Source: an uncultured Myxococcales bacterium (lineage in GTDB: Bacteria > Desulfobacterota > Binatia > UBA1149 > SPBQ01). From it: a stretch of DNA of 57,205 nucleotides. Where the stretch lies: the NCBI GenBank assembly GCA_964478045.1, contig CAYZHO010000003.1, positions 850 to 58,054 of the forward strand. Reading direction: 5' to 3'. A program made the position numbers and the translations under genes. Below are positions 1 through 10,554 of the stretch, one piece after another; within the stretch, counting starts at the first letter, position 1; each line of letters starts with the position of its first letter. Under the pieces are notes generated by a model that saw only the letters and a program-made list of their open reading frames with translations, ran no database searches and was not told the origin of the DNA.

Positions 1-1
1 T

Positions 2-1930
2 TTTCTCGCGCGTGCGCTTGCCGCCCGCGGTGCGGGTGCCGAACGGGCCGCGCTCCAGGAAGTTCTCGAGCGCTACCCGAACTCACCCGTGGCCTTGCTC
101 GCCGCCGCGCGCTTGGCGCAGCTCCTGGCGGCAGGAGGAGAAACCGAAGCACTCGAGGCGTTGAGCCGCCGTTACGCGCTCCCGCAGGATGGGCCGGCAG
201 ACGAAGCCGCCTCGATCGCTTTGGCTGCCGGCAAGGCACTGGCGGATCGAGCGCCGGCACGTGCACTGGCGCACGTTCAGCACGCCCGCCGGGTAGCTAT
301 CGACCCAAAACTGCGCCGTCAGGCGGCCTCAGTGGTTGCCCAAATCTGGGAACAACACCCGAAGCTGGCGCCGGGGACCCCAGAGGCGTGGTGGGAAGAA
401 TGCTTGCAGCGCGAGCGCGAGGGCGATGCCGGCCGGCGGCTCGCTTGCTTCGATCTGTTTCTCGAACGTTACCCGCGCGACGTCCGTGCCGTCGAAGCGG
501 CACTGCGGCGGGCGAGGGCACTGGCGAGCACAAAAGGCCGGATTGCCGCAGCCGAGTGGCTCGAAAGCTTGGTGGAACGGTTCGATGCCAAACCGGCACG
601 GGCTCGGATTCTTTTTCACGTGGCGCTGCACCGGTGGAACGCCAACCAAGCAACCGAAGCGCGGGTGGCCTTCGAGCGAATGCTCGCGCTCGGCAGCGGG
701 ATCGCGGAAGAGCAGCGAGCTCATTTTGCGATCGGTAGGATTCGTGAAGCGGCCCGGCAGTACAACGCGGCGGCTTCGGAGTACCGCAAGGCTGCACGCG
801 GGCCGGACGTTAGGCTAGCCCATGAAAGTGGGTGGCGTGCGGCCTGGGTTTCCTACCTGGCCGGCAACTACGAAGGAGCCGCTTGGGCGTTCGGCAAGGC
901 CGCCGCGGCCGCTGCGGGCGATCACCGCCTCGATGGCGGACACGAAGCAGCTCTTTACTGGCGCGCGCGATCGTTGGAAAAGGCCGGCAAGAAGGAAGAA
1001 GCACTCACCTATTACCGCAGCGTTCTGAGCGAGTCGCCGGACGGATACTACGCGATGCTCGCCGAGCGCCGCACTGGACTCGAGGCACCGCCGCCCGTCC
1101 TCGAGGCGCTCGACGACCCGGTCCCAGCCGACCCTGGGCTGCGCAGGGCGTTGCTGCGGGCAAGGGAGCTCAATCGCGCGCGTCTGCGCGAGTTTGCCCG
1201 GCGCGAGATGGCTGCAACCGTTGCGGCAGCCGCGCCGGCCGAAAGGCGTGCTCTGCTACCCGAGCTCGCCGCTCTGGGCCTGCACGGACTAGCCCTGAGA
1301 GCGGCGCTCGAACTGTACCGAGCCGGGATCTTGAAAGAAGGCGAGCTGTACTCGTTTCTCTATCCGGAGGCACACCGGAAGGCGGTGGGCCGCATTGCCA
1401 GACAGCACGGTCTCGACCCGTATTTCGTCTACGCAGTCATGCGGCAAGAGTCGGCTTTCGACGAGCGGGCCGTCTCGAGCGCCGAGGCGCACGGGCTCAT
1501 GCAGCTTCTGGAACCGACCGCCCGGCGTCTCGCACAAACCCTCGGAATGGATGCACCTGAGCGAACAGACTTGTTCGTGCCGGAGCTGAACATCCGGCTC
1601 GGTGTGGCTTATCTCGCGGAACTCGCCCGCCGTTTCGGAAACGACAAGATCCTCATGCTAGCAGCCTACAATGCTGGAGAACGGGCCGCACAGCGGTGGC
1701 GCGATCGCTACGAAACGCACGAGCCGGACGAGTTCATCGAAATGATTTCTTACCGGGAGACGCGTAACTACATAAAAAAAGTACTACGGAACTACCGCAA
1801 CTATCGCCGCCTGTATTGCGGAAACCGAACCTCTTCATGCGAGAGCGGCCAAGAGCCGGCGGGGCAGGTTGCCGAAGGCACCGTTGGACATGCACACGAC
1901 GACGTCCCCGCGCCGCAGCTCTCCCGGTAG
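2..1930 (+). CDS. slt: soluble lytic murein transglycosylase (Slt70-like), 5' partial
   Basis: The reading frame is open from the window edge (FLARALAARGAGAERAALQEVLERYPNSPVALL...). It has a long helical/TPR-like N-region and a C-terminal SLT domain with ESAFDERAVSSAEAHGLMQL and AAYNAGE motifs. Confidence 0.9.
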   Translation, partial: FLARALAARGAGAERAALQEVLERYPNSPVALLAAARLAQLLAAGGETEALEALSRRYALPQDGPADEAASIALAAGKALADRAPARALAHVQHARRVAIDPKLRRQAASVVAQIWEQHPKLAPGTPEAWWEECLQREREGDAGRRLACFDLFLERYPRDVRAVEAALRRARALASTKGRIAAAEWLESLVERFDAKPARARILFHVALHRWNANQATEARVAFERMLALGSGIAEEQRAHFAIGRIREAARQYNAAASEYRKAARGPDVRLAHESGWRAAWVSYLAGNYEGAAWAFGKAAAAAAGDHRLDGGHEAALYWRARSLEKAGKKEEALTYYRSVLSESPDGYYAMLAERRTGLEAPPPVLEALDDPVPADPGLRRALLRARELNRARLREFARREMAATVAAAAPAERRALLPELAALGLHGLALRAALELYRAGILKEGELYSFLYPEAHRKAVGRIARQHGLDPYFVYAVMRQESAFDERAVSSAEAHGLMQLLEPTARRLAQTLGMDAPERTDLFVPELNIRLGVAYLAELARRFGNDKILMLAAYNAGERAAQRWRDRYETHEPDEFIEMISYRETRNYIKKVLRNYRNYRRLYCGNRTSSCESGQEPAGQVAEGTVGHAHDDVPAPQLSR

Positions 1931-3247
1931 GCGTGCGAGGATCTCATCTGGTCCGTCGGCCGACCACGCGTGCCGTCCTGCCGCTCGCAGATCTTCGACC
2001 AAACGAGTCGTCGACAACATTTCTTCAGGCCGCAACGGATCGTTCGGCTTGCTGTAGACAGCGCTGACGACGACGCAATCGGCCGCCGCCAGGCTTTCGG
2101 CGTAATGTCTCTGGAACACCGCACGCCGGCTCGTATTCGACCTCGGCTCGAAGACGGCCCACAGCCGGCGCCCGTCAAAGCGTGCGCGCATGGCAGCTAG
2201 CGTGGCTGCAACCGCTGAAGGGTGATGGGCAAAGTCGTCCACCACCACGACCCCACTCGCTTCCCCGATGACCTCCTGCCGCCGAGCGGCTCCCCGAAAC
2301 TCTGCGAGCGCCTCGACCACGGCGTCCTCAGCGACTCCCAGCTCCCGGCACAGCGCGTAGACGGCCAGAGAGTTCGAAACGTTCATCCGTCCACTCAGCC
2401 CGAGCCGAAGCCGGCGGCCCATGGGCCGGCCCCGGTAGAAAACGTCGAACTCCATTCCGGACCGAGCAGCCGCTATGCCAGCGGCCCGCCACACCGCACC
2501 AGGTCCGATGCCATAGGTTACGAGTCTGGCCCGAGACTTGGCTACCGTGGCCTGTACCACGGGATCATCCGCACATACCACCAGCGGGGCTCCCGCAGGC
2601 AGCAGGCCGACAAAAGCGCCGAAGGCCTGCTTCACCTCCTCCAGGCTCCGGTAGATATCGGCGTGGTCGAACTCGATACTAGTGATGATCGCCGCCGACG
2701 GCCGGTAGTGGAGAAACTTCGGCCGCTTGTCGAAATAAGCCGAGTCGTACTCGTCGCCCTCTACGACGAAGAACTCGCCCGAGCCACTCTGGGCAAAACG
2801 CCCTAGATCTCTGACCAGTCCACCCACGAGGTACCCCGGGTCGAGCCCAGCTACCTGAAGCGCTCTGGCCAACATCCCGGTCGTGGTGGTCTTCCCGTGA
2901 GTACCCGCGACGACCAAAGGCCGGCGGCCTTCAAGGAACAGGCGCGAGAGCGTCTCGGGAAACGACCACCGCCGCAGCCCCCGTTCTTCTACCCAGCGCG
3001 CCTCAGGGTTGCTCGCCGGGATCGCGTTGCCGACAACCACCAAGTCAGGCTCCGGTTCCAGATGCTCCGGGGAAAAACCCAGGGCCACCTGCACTCCCGC
3101 CTCGGCCAAGACTTCACTCATCGGCGGGAACGCCGCCTGGTCGCACCCGCTCACCGCCACCCCGCGCTCCTTGAGCATCACTGCGAGGGGAGCCATGCCC
3201 ACGCCGCAAATGGCGATCATGTGAGCGGATTGGATTGCTTCGGCCAT
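1835..3247 (-). CDS. mpl: UDP-N-acetylmuramate:L-alanyl-gamma-D-glutamyl-meso-DAP ligase (Mpl)
   Basis: Mur ligase architecture: N-terminal IAICGVGMAPLAVML...PPMS...LVVVGNAI...NPE, P-loop GTHGKTTTT, and C-terminal SNGAFGNLPRRLLAALA. This pattern fits Mpl better than MurC. Confidence 0.85.
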   Translation of the reverse strand: MAEAIQSAHMIAICGVGMAPLAVMLKERGVAVSGCDQAAFPPMSEVLAEAGVQVALGFSPEHLEPEPDLVVVGNAIPASNPEARWVEERGLRRWSFPETLSRLFLEGRRPLVVAGTHGKTTTTGMLARALQVAGLDPGYLVGGLVRDLGRFAQSGSGEFFVVEGDEYDSAYFDKRPKFLHYRPSAAIITSIEFDHADIYRSLEEVKQAFGAFVGLLPAGAPLVVCADDPVVQATVAKSRARLVTYGIGPGAVWRAAGIAAARSGMEFDVFYRGRPMGRRLRLGLSGRMNVSNSLAVYALCRELGVAEDAVVEALAEFRGAARRQEVIGEASGVVVVDDFAHHPSAVAATLAAMRARFDGRRLWAVFEPRSNTSRRAVFQRHYAESLAAADCVVVSAVYSKPNDPLRPEEMLSTTRLVEDLRAAGRHAWSADGPDEILARLPGELRRGDVVVCMSNGAFGNLPRRLLAALA

Positions 3248-3250
3248 CTC

Positions 3251-4378
3251 TTACTGCCCTTCCCCGTCCAGGTGGGAAAACGCCGCATCGTGGAAGAGGG
3301 GCCGCCACCACCGAATGGCCGGGTTGTGGCGGTCCGGATGCACCCTGTTGCTCGCAACCGCAACGACTGCCTCTCGATCGAGGTCGATCCACACCGAAGC
3401 ACCCGTGAACCCGAGGTGGCCCACCGCCCGAGCCGAGACCAGGCGACCGGCGCTCGACCCTCGCGCGGAGGGGGTGTCCCACCCGCCGACCCACGTGGAC
3501 CGCTCGCAGCCGCTGTCAAACAGCCGTCGTACCAACCCGGCTTCGAGCCAGCTCGAGTCCCCGCGGTACGCCTCGAGGTAGCCGACTGCGATCCTGAAGA
3601 CGTCCATGGCCGAAGCAAACAGGCCTGCGTGGCCGGCGACGCCCCCCATCGCGTATGCGTTTTCGTCGTGAACGACTCCCTCCACGAGTCCCTGCCGCCA
3701 CAAGCAGAAGCCCGTAGGGGGCAGTTCCTTTCGGGGTGCATCACCTCCGAGCAGATCGACGAACCCGCAGGACAGACCCAAGGGCTCGAACACTTCACGC
3801 CTGGCCAGACGCACGAGACTACAGCCAGCCGCCCGCTCGAGCAGATGTCCCAGCACGATGAAGCCAACGTCGCTGTAGACCGCCTCGGCCCCCGGGCCGA
3901 GCGCCAGAGGTTCGGCCAAGGCCCGATCCAGCACGAGGCGGCGGCTCGCCGGGGTCGGACGCGGGAGCTGCCGTGCTTTCCCGCGAGGAGGTTCGAGCGG
4001 CGCACTGAGAAAGTATGGCCTCCACGCCGGCAATCCCGAGCGATGCCGGACCAGGTCCTCCACCCGTACCGTCTGGCGCCGGGGATCTCCCTGGCCGAAC
4101 TCGGGCAAGAGGTCGGCCACGGGCTGTTCAAGTGCCACCACGCCCCGCGCGACCAAGCGCAACAGGCAGGAGACCGTGACCAATGGCTTTGTCAGGGAGG
4201 CAACGTCGTAGGGGGTATCCACACGCACCCGTCTTTCGTCCTCCGGGTGGCTAAAGCCCCCGCACGCGCCCGCAAACGAGACTTCTCCCGGACGCCCCAC
4301 CACCGCGGCAGCCCCGGGAAACACGCCGCGCCGCACTCCCTCGGCAAGCACCTCGGCAGGCGAAGAAACCCGCTTCAC
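3251..4378 (-). CDS. serine hydrolase, beta-lactamase/transpeptidase-like family
   Basis: SxxK motif (ASLTKP), YSD (YxN-like) and GHAG (KTG-like) motifs. It is translationally coupled between ldcA and mpl. Confidence 0.75.
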   Translation of the reverse strand: MKRVSSPAEVLAEGVRRGVFPGAAAVVGRPGEVSFAGACGGFSHPEDERRVRVDTPYDVASLTKPLVTVSCLLRLVARGVVALEQPVADLLPEFGQGDPRRQTVRVEDLVRHRSGLPAWRPYFLSAPLEPPRGKARQLPRPTPASRRLVLDRALAEPLALGPGAEAVYSDVGFIVLGHLLERAAGCSLVRLARREVFEPLGLSCGFVDLLGGDAPRKELPPTGFCLWRQGLVEGVVHDENAYAMGGVAGHAGLFASAMDVFRIAVGYLEAYRGDSSWLEAGLVRRLFDSGCERSTWVGGWDTPSARGSSAGRLVSARAVGHLGFTGASVWIDLDREAVVAVASNRVHPDRHNPAIRWWRPLFHDAAFSHLDGEGQ

Positions 4379-5277
4379 GCAAAAGGGTCCTCGAGGAGCT
4401 CGAGCCGAGCCGCCTCTCCGTCAACGCGGACTCGACATCCGAGCGGTAACACAACGTTGTCGCTTCCGTGTCCGGCGTCCAGTCCGAAAACGATCGGAAA
4501 CCGAAACCCGTCGAGCACCTCTAGTGCAATCTCGCGGAGCAGTCGGGTCCCGCCGCCACCGTCGCAATCGAGCATCGGGCCGAAAACGACCGCCGCGACC
4601 TCCTCGAACTTGCCCGCATGGCGCAGGTGGCTGAGCATGCGATCTATTCTGTACGGCTTTTCAGCCACGTCTTCGAGGAACAGAACCGCCCCTCGGGTGT
4701 CGATTTCGTAGGGAGTTCCCAAAGTAGTGACCAGTACGGAAAGGCATCCTCCGACCAGCCGGCCTTCAGCCGTTCCCGACCGCCACACCTCTCGGCCCTG
4801 TCCGTTCCACCAGCCGGGCTCACCGAAGAGAAAGCGCCGGAACCTCTCCCTAGCGGCTTCGGACAAGCGCGGGAGATCGGCCGCAACCATTGGCCCGTGG
4901 TAGCAGACGAGGCCGGCCTCCTGAACCAACCGATTGAGGAGTAGGCTCACATCGCTGAACCCGACGAAAGCTTTGGGATTGGCCGCCGCCACAGCGGGGT
5001 CGAAAAACGTATGAAGCCGTGAGGCTCCAAACCCGCCCCGGACTGCCAAGATCGCGGCGATCTCCGGGTCCACGAACGCTGCCTCGAGCCACTCGGCCCG
5101 AATCCGATCTGCGGCAGCCAGGTATCGCACTGGCTTTGCTCCCTCGTAGCAGCGCACCCGCAGCCCCCAGCTCTCGAGGATTTCTACTCCGCGAGCCAAC
5201 CGCTGCGGATCGAAGCGGCCCGAAGGAGCAACCAGCCCTACCGTGTCCCCTTCGTGAATCGCTGCCGGCTTGCGCAT
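4375..5277 (-). CDS. ldcA: LD-carboxypeptidase (muramoyltetrapeptide carboxypeptidase, peptidase S66)
   Basis: GDTVGLVAPSG N-terminus, nucleophile motif GFSDVSLL and C-terminal FGLDAGHG. There is a 4-nt overlap with the downstream gene. Confidence 0.85.
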   Translation of the reverse strand: MRKPAAIHEGDTVGLVAPSGRFDPQRLARGVEILESWGLRVRCYEGAKPVRYLAAADRIRAEWLEAAFVDPEIAAILAVRGGFGASRLHTFFDPAVAAANPKAFVGFSDVSLLLNRLVQEAGLVCYHGPMVAADLPRLSEAARERFRRFLFGEPGWWNGQGREVWRSGTAEGRLVGGCLSVLVTTLGTPYEIDTRGAVLFLEDVAEKPYRIDRMLSHLRHAGKFEEVAAVVFGPMLDCDGGGGTRLLREIALEVLDGFRFPIVFGLDAGHGSDNVVLPLGCRVRVDGEAARLELLEDPFA

Positions 5278-6467
5278 TAGGTTCGGTCCGCAGCCTCGCC
5301 GAACAAGCGCCGCCGATCCGCCTCCACGCGAGCCTCGTAGGTAGCTTCAATCTCCACCGAGGGTAACCATTCGTGGGCCATCTCCCGGCACAGCTTCTTG
5401 AGGCGGCGAGCGGCCCGGATCAACGACTCCAACTGCTCGGGAAACAACCCTTGGAAACCGTCCGACTTGGCAATGAGGGGATTGGGGTGAGCCTCAATCA
5501 ACAGCATGTCGGCTCCGGCTGCGATTCCGGCCAAGCTGAGCGGGTGGACCAGATCCCGAATACCGGTCCCGTGGCTCGCGTCGATCGCAACCGGCAGGCA
5601 CGAGAGCTGGTACTTGAAAGCGGCGATCGCCCCGCAGTCGAGCGTATTGCGCGTGTAACGATTGCAACTAGAGATCCCCCGCTCGCACAGGATTACGTTT
5701 TCCTTCCCTTCGATCAGCAAACGCTCGACCCACAACAGATATGCCTCCATGTCGAGCGAGTTGCCCCGCTTGTGCACCACGGGCAGCGACGTGGCCCGCA
5801 ACGCATTGAGGAGCGCTTGGTTCTTCGCATTCGGTTCGCCGACTTGCAGGCAATCGACGCCGTAATCCTCGTAGAGCGGCAGGTGCGTGTGGTCGAGTAT
5901 CTCCACGACCGTCGGCAGCTCGAACTCCCTGCCAGCCTTGACCAGCCAGGCCAGCCCCTTCTTGAGCCCTTCGATCCCCGTGCCGCCAAGCCCTTCCCAG
6001 CCGCTATACGGACTCGAGCGGTACTTGATCACCCCACCGCGCAGGCAGTCGCCCCCGGCCCGCTTGACCATCTCGGCGGCCTCCATAATCTGCCGCTCGC
6101 TTTCCACCGAGCATGGCCCGGCGACCACGACGAGATCCTCGCCCCCCACCTCCACGGAGCCGATCCGAACGCGGGTGTGGATCAAGTTTCTTCCGGTGCC
6201 CTTCTGAGCCGCCCGCTTGTATGCCCGGGAGATCGGGATGATCTCATCGACGCCGCCCATCCGGGCGACTTCGTCCTGCGGAATTCTAGTGACGTCCCCG
6301 TAGGCGCCGATCAGAGTAATCTCCTGACCGACCATCTTGCCGGTTTCGACGCCGAAGGAATGGAGAAACTCTTCGACCGCGGCGACTTCCCGCTCGGTCG
6401 CGGTCGGCTTCATTTTGACCAGCATGGCCTGCTTTCCCTTGGTATCGGCCGAAGCACCGGCTGTCAA
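5277..6467 (-). CDS. 3-deoxy-7-phosphoheptulonate (DAHP) synthase, type I-beta with N-terminal ferredoxin-like regulatory domain
   Basis: The core VVVAGPCSVESERQIMEAAEMVKRAGGDCLRGG..KYRSSPYSGWEGLG is typical of KDO8PS-like DAHPS. It is preceded by a ~70-aa MLVKMKPTATEREVAAVEEFL domain like that of Thermotoga-type enzymes. Confidence 0.85.
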   Translation of the reverse strand: MTAGASADTKGKQAMLVKMKPTATEREVAAVEEFLHSFGVETGKMVGQEITLIGAYGDVTRIPQDEVARMGGVDEIIPISRAYKRAAQKGTGRNLIHTRVRIGSVEVGGEDLVVVAGPCSVESERQIMEAAEMVKRAGGDCLRGGVIKYRSSPYSGWEGLGGTGIEGLKKGLAWLVKAGREFELPTVVEILDHTHLPLYEDYGVDCLQVGEPNAKNQALLNALRATSLPVVHKRGNSLDMEAYLLWVERLLIEGKENVILCERGISSCNRYTRNTLDCGAIAAFKYQLSCLPVAIDASHGTGIRDLVHPLSLAGIAAGADMLLIEAHPNPLIAKSDGFQGLFPEQLESLIRAARRLKKLCREMAHEWLPSVEIEATYEARVEADRRRLFGEAADRT

Positions 6468-6526
6468 TGAGGCGGAGGCCGGCCCGAGATTGGGAAAAAC
6501 CGCAGAATCGCGGGTAAACTGAAAGC

Positions 6527-6808
6527 GTGGGGACGGTTCCTTCTCGCGAGCACTTGGCCCAGATTGCTCGGGCCCTGGCCGAGCGGCTAGCCGTGGGGCC
6601 GAGCGCCCCTGTGGGCGGGAACCCGAGCCAGGTCGCGCGCGTCATCGAAGAGGTGTTGCGGGAGAACTTTCGGACCGAAGCGCAGATCGAGCGAGAAGCC
6701 GAGCAGGCGCTCGCCGAGCTCGGTCCGGCTGCCCGGGGAATGGACCGGGGCAAGCTCCTGGCCGGACTGCGCGAGCGCATCGCGAAGAAAAAGGGGTTCG
6801 TGCTGTGA
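6527..6808 (+). CDS. small conserved hypothetical protein (DUF507-like)
   Basis: 93-aa ORF with good coding look. Its stop overlaps the start of the next, similar-sized ORF (GTGA). The family call is from memory of DUF507 sequences. Confidence 0.55.
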   Translation: MGTVPSREHLAQIARALAERLAVGPSAPVGGNPSQVARVIEEVLRENFRTEAQIEREAEQALAELGPAARGMDRGKLLAGLRERIAKKKGFVL

Positions 6809-7071
6809 GGCGCCTCGGAGACCGGCGGATCGAGGCAATGACCCTGGCAATCGTGGATGCGCTGGCCCGGGCGCAAGGGATCGATTTGCGGGACCGGGGC
6901 GCCGCCACCCGGATCGTCGCCCGCCACCTGCGTTCCGTCTTTCAGGTGGACCCCGAGCTCGACCGCCGCGTGCGGGCCCGCATCGCCTCCCTAAAACGCG
7001 GGGTCCCCGAAGGCAGCCGCGAGTGGGAGGTCCTCTACCAGCAGTACCTCGAACAACTGTCCCGCCGCTGA
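6805..7071 (+). CDS. small conserved hypothetical protein (DUF507-like)
   Basis: 88 aa. The C-terminal ASLKRGVPEGSREWEVLYQQYLEQL resembles the DUF507 signature as I recall it. It is coupled to the upstream ORF. Confidence 0.55.
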   Translation: MRRLGDRRIEAMTLAIVDALARAQGIDLRDRGAATRIVARHLRSVFQVDPELDRRVRARIASLKRGVPEGSREWEVLYQQYLEQLSRR

Positions 7072-7385
7072 CCGGATCGTCTGCCCGCGGTTTTTTTCGG
7101 GCGGCCGCCTTGACAACCCCCAGGCCGTACTTAAGGTTCGCACGGTTCAGCCCAGGCGGCTCGAGCCAGACCTGGATTCGTGAACGCTCGCGGCGGTGCT
7201 TCAGGCACCAGCGAGCGGGCCGACGGACAGACAGATTGAGCTGGGGCCCGCACCCGTCGTAGCGGCGCCAATGCTGGGCCCGGCCAGCGGCCCGCGGCCG
7301 CAGCGGGCGTTCAAGGGGTGATCCGGGTAGGGTGGCCGATTCGAGGCGAAACAGTCAGGAGGGTACAGGAGGCTAGCTGAGAGTT

Positions 7386-9343
<1,958 letters not shown>

Positions 9344-9376
9344 AAAACCTCCTGACGGCAAGCGCCCGAACGACGA

Positions 9377-9415
9377 CCCCCTCGGCCGCCGCCGCGGCCG
9401 AGGGGGCACTTTTTT
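9377..9415 (+). terminator. rho-independent terminator after groEL
   Basis: A 12-bp perfect stem, CCCCCTCGGCCG (9377-9388) / CGGCCGAGGGGG (9395-9406), with a 6-nt loop. It is followed by CAC and TTTTTT (9410-9415). Confidence 0.8.
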
Positions 9416-9495
9416 GTGGCTCCGGGCGCTCGTCAAGGGAAAAGATGCCGGTACCTGTTTACAAACGCCTCAAATAATGCTCAAAAAAGGGTTGC

Positions 9496-9741
9496 ATGGC
9501 TGTCAAGATTAGACTTGCAAGACACGGGGGTAAGAAACGACCGTTCTACCGAGTCGTAGTGGCCGATAGTCGCGCACCCCGGGACGGCAGAAACCTCGCT
9601 GAGATTGGAACCTACGATCCGATGAAAGATCCTGCCGAGGTTCGCATCGATGCGGAGAAGGTCCACTCATGGTTGAAGAAGGGCGCACTCCCCACGCCGA
9701 CAGTGGCCAAGCTGCTGAAGAAGGCAGGCCTGTCGCTCTAG
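9496..9741 (+). CDS. rpsP: 30S ribosomal protein S16
   Basis: [32 protein letters not shown] is a canonical S16 N-terminus. Confidence 0.97.
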   Translation: MAVKIRLARHGGKKRPFYRVVVADSRAPRDGRNLAEIGTYDPMKDPAEVRIDAEKVHSWLKKGALPTPTVAKLLKKAGLSL

Positions 9742-10001
9742 ACCAGATCCGAAGCCAAACTGTCGTTCTCAAGGAACTCCTGGAGTTTCTTGCCCAGAAC
9801 CTCGTGACGCGCCCCGATGCCGTCGAGGTAACCGAAGAACAGGCGGATGATCAATCCACTCTCCACCTCCGAGTGGACAAGGAAGACCTAGGCCGTGTTA
9901 TCGGCAAGCAGGGGCGCACCGCCAAGTCGCTTCGGACCATCCTCAACGCGGCGGCCTCCCGTGCAAACCGCAAGGTCATTCTCGAAATCGTCGAGGACTG
10001 A
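9669..10001 (+). CDS. KH domain-containing RNA-binding protein (YlqC/UPF0109 family)
   Basis: [21 protein letters not shown]...[26 protein letters not shown] (GxxG KH motif), in the conserved position between rpsP and rimM. The start is uncertain. The only canonical start is the ATG at 9669, 73 nt inside rpsP, whereas the homologous core begins near 9762. Confidence 0.8.
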   Translation: MVEEGRTPHADSGQAAEEGRPVALDQIRSQTVVLKELLEFLAQNLVTRPDAVEVTEEQADDQSTLHLRVDKEDLGRVIGKQGRTAKSLRTILNAAASRANRKVILEIVED

Positions 10002-10038
10002 CTCGGGCCGCCGGAACGACGAATCTTCGCCCGTTCTT

Positions 10039-10554
10039 GTGGGCAGGGTCCTGCGGGCGCATGGTGTCCGCGGGGACCTGTTGGTTGGCCTCGATCCAAC
10101 GCTGCTGCACGCCATCGGCGAGGGGCTGTTCGTCACGCTCGAGCGAGCCGGAGACCGCCGGCGCTTGCGCGTGCTCGCCGTCCGCGAGCACGCGAGAGGC
10201 CGCCTGGTGAGACTTGAGGGCATCGGTGACCGCGAGGAGGCACGCTCGTGGGCTGGCGCTCGGGTGTTCGTCGATCACAACGATCTCCCACCGCTAGCCG
10301 ACGGAGAGTATTACGATGTCGAACTCGTTGGCCTCGATGTCATCGCACGGGACGGCCGCCATCTCGGAAAAGTCGAAAGTGTGCTGGCCACCGGTGCAAA
10401 CGACGTGTGTATCGTAAGTGGCCGCGGCGAAGAGCTTCTCGTACCCATGACAGAGCAGGCGGTCGTCGCCATCGACCGGGACAACGGCCGGCTCATCGTC
10501 GAGGAAGCGGCTGTCGTGCGAGATGCAACCCGGCCCGGCGGGCGGCGATCGTGA
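10039..10554 (+). CDS. rimM: 16S rRNA processing protein RimM
   Basis: A GTG at 10039 gives [16 protein letters not shown] (the RimM N-terminal signature). The PRC-barrel C-terminus contains [10 protein letters not shown]. The longer ORF from 9895 overlaps the KH gene and is rejected. Confidence 0.88.
   Translation: MGRVLRAHGVRGDLLVGLDPTLLHAIGEGLFVTLERAGDRRRLRVLAVREHARGRLVRLEGIGDREEARSWAGARVFVDHNDLPPLADGEYYDVELVGLDVIARDGRHLGKVESVLATGANDVCIVSGRGEELLVPMTEQAVVAIDRDNGRLIVEEAAVVRDATRPGGRRS

Noticed and set aside
2897-4711. A 604-aa plus-strand ORF, plus similar long ORFs at 5373-6470 (+), 22246-23343 (-), 26799-27791 (-), 34086-35161 (-), 41677-43242 (-) and 52510-53187 (+).
   Set aside because: - Each lies antisense to, or out of frame with, a gene whose product has clear family motifs.
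- Their translations are Arg/Pro/Gly/Ala-rich low-complexity strings.
- This is typical of shadow ORFs in GC-rich DNA.
9444-9495. A candidate rpsP promoter (TTTACA at 9458-9463 and an AATAAT-like box at 9473-9478).
   Set aside because: - The spacing between the two best hexamers is only 9 nt.
- The alternative -10 (TCAAAA, 17-nt spacer) is weak and would give a nearly leaderless transcript.
- It cannot be supported from sequence alone.
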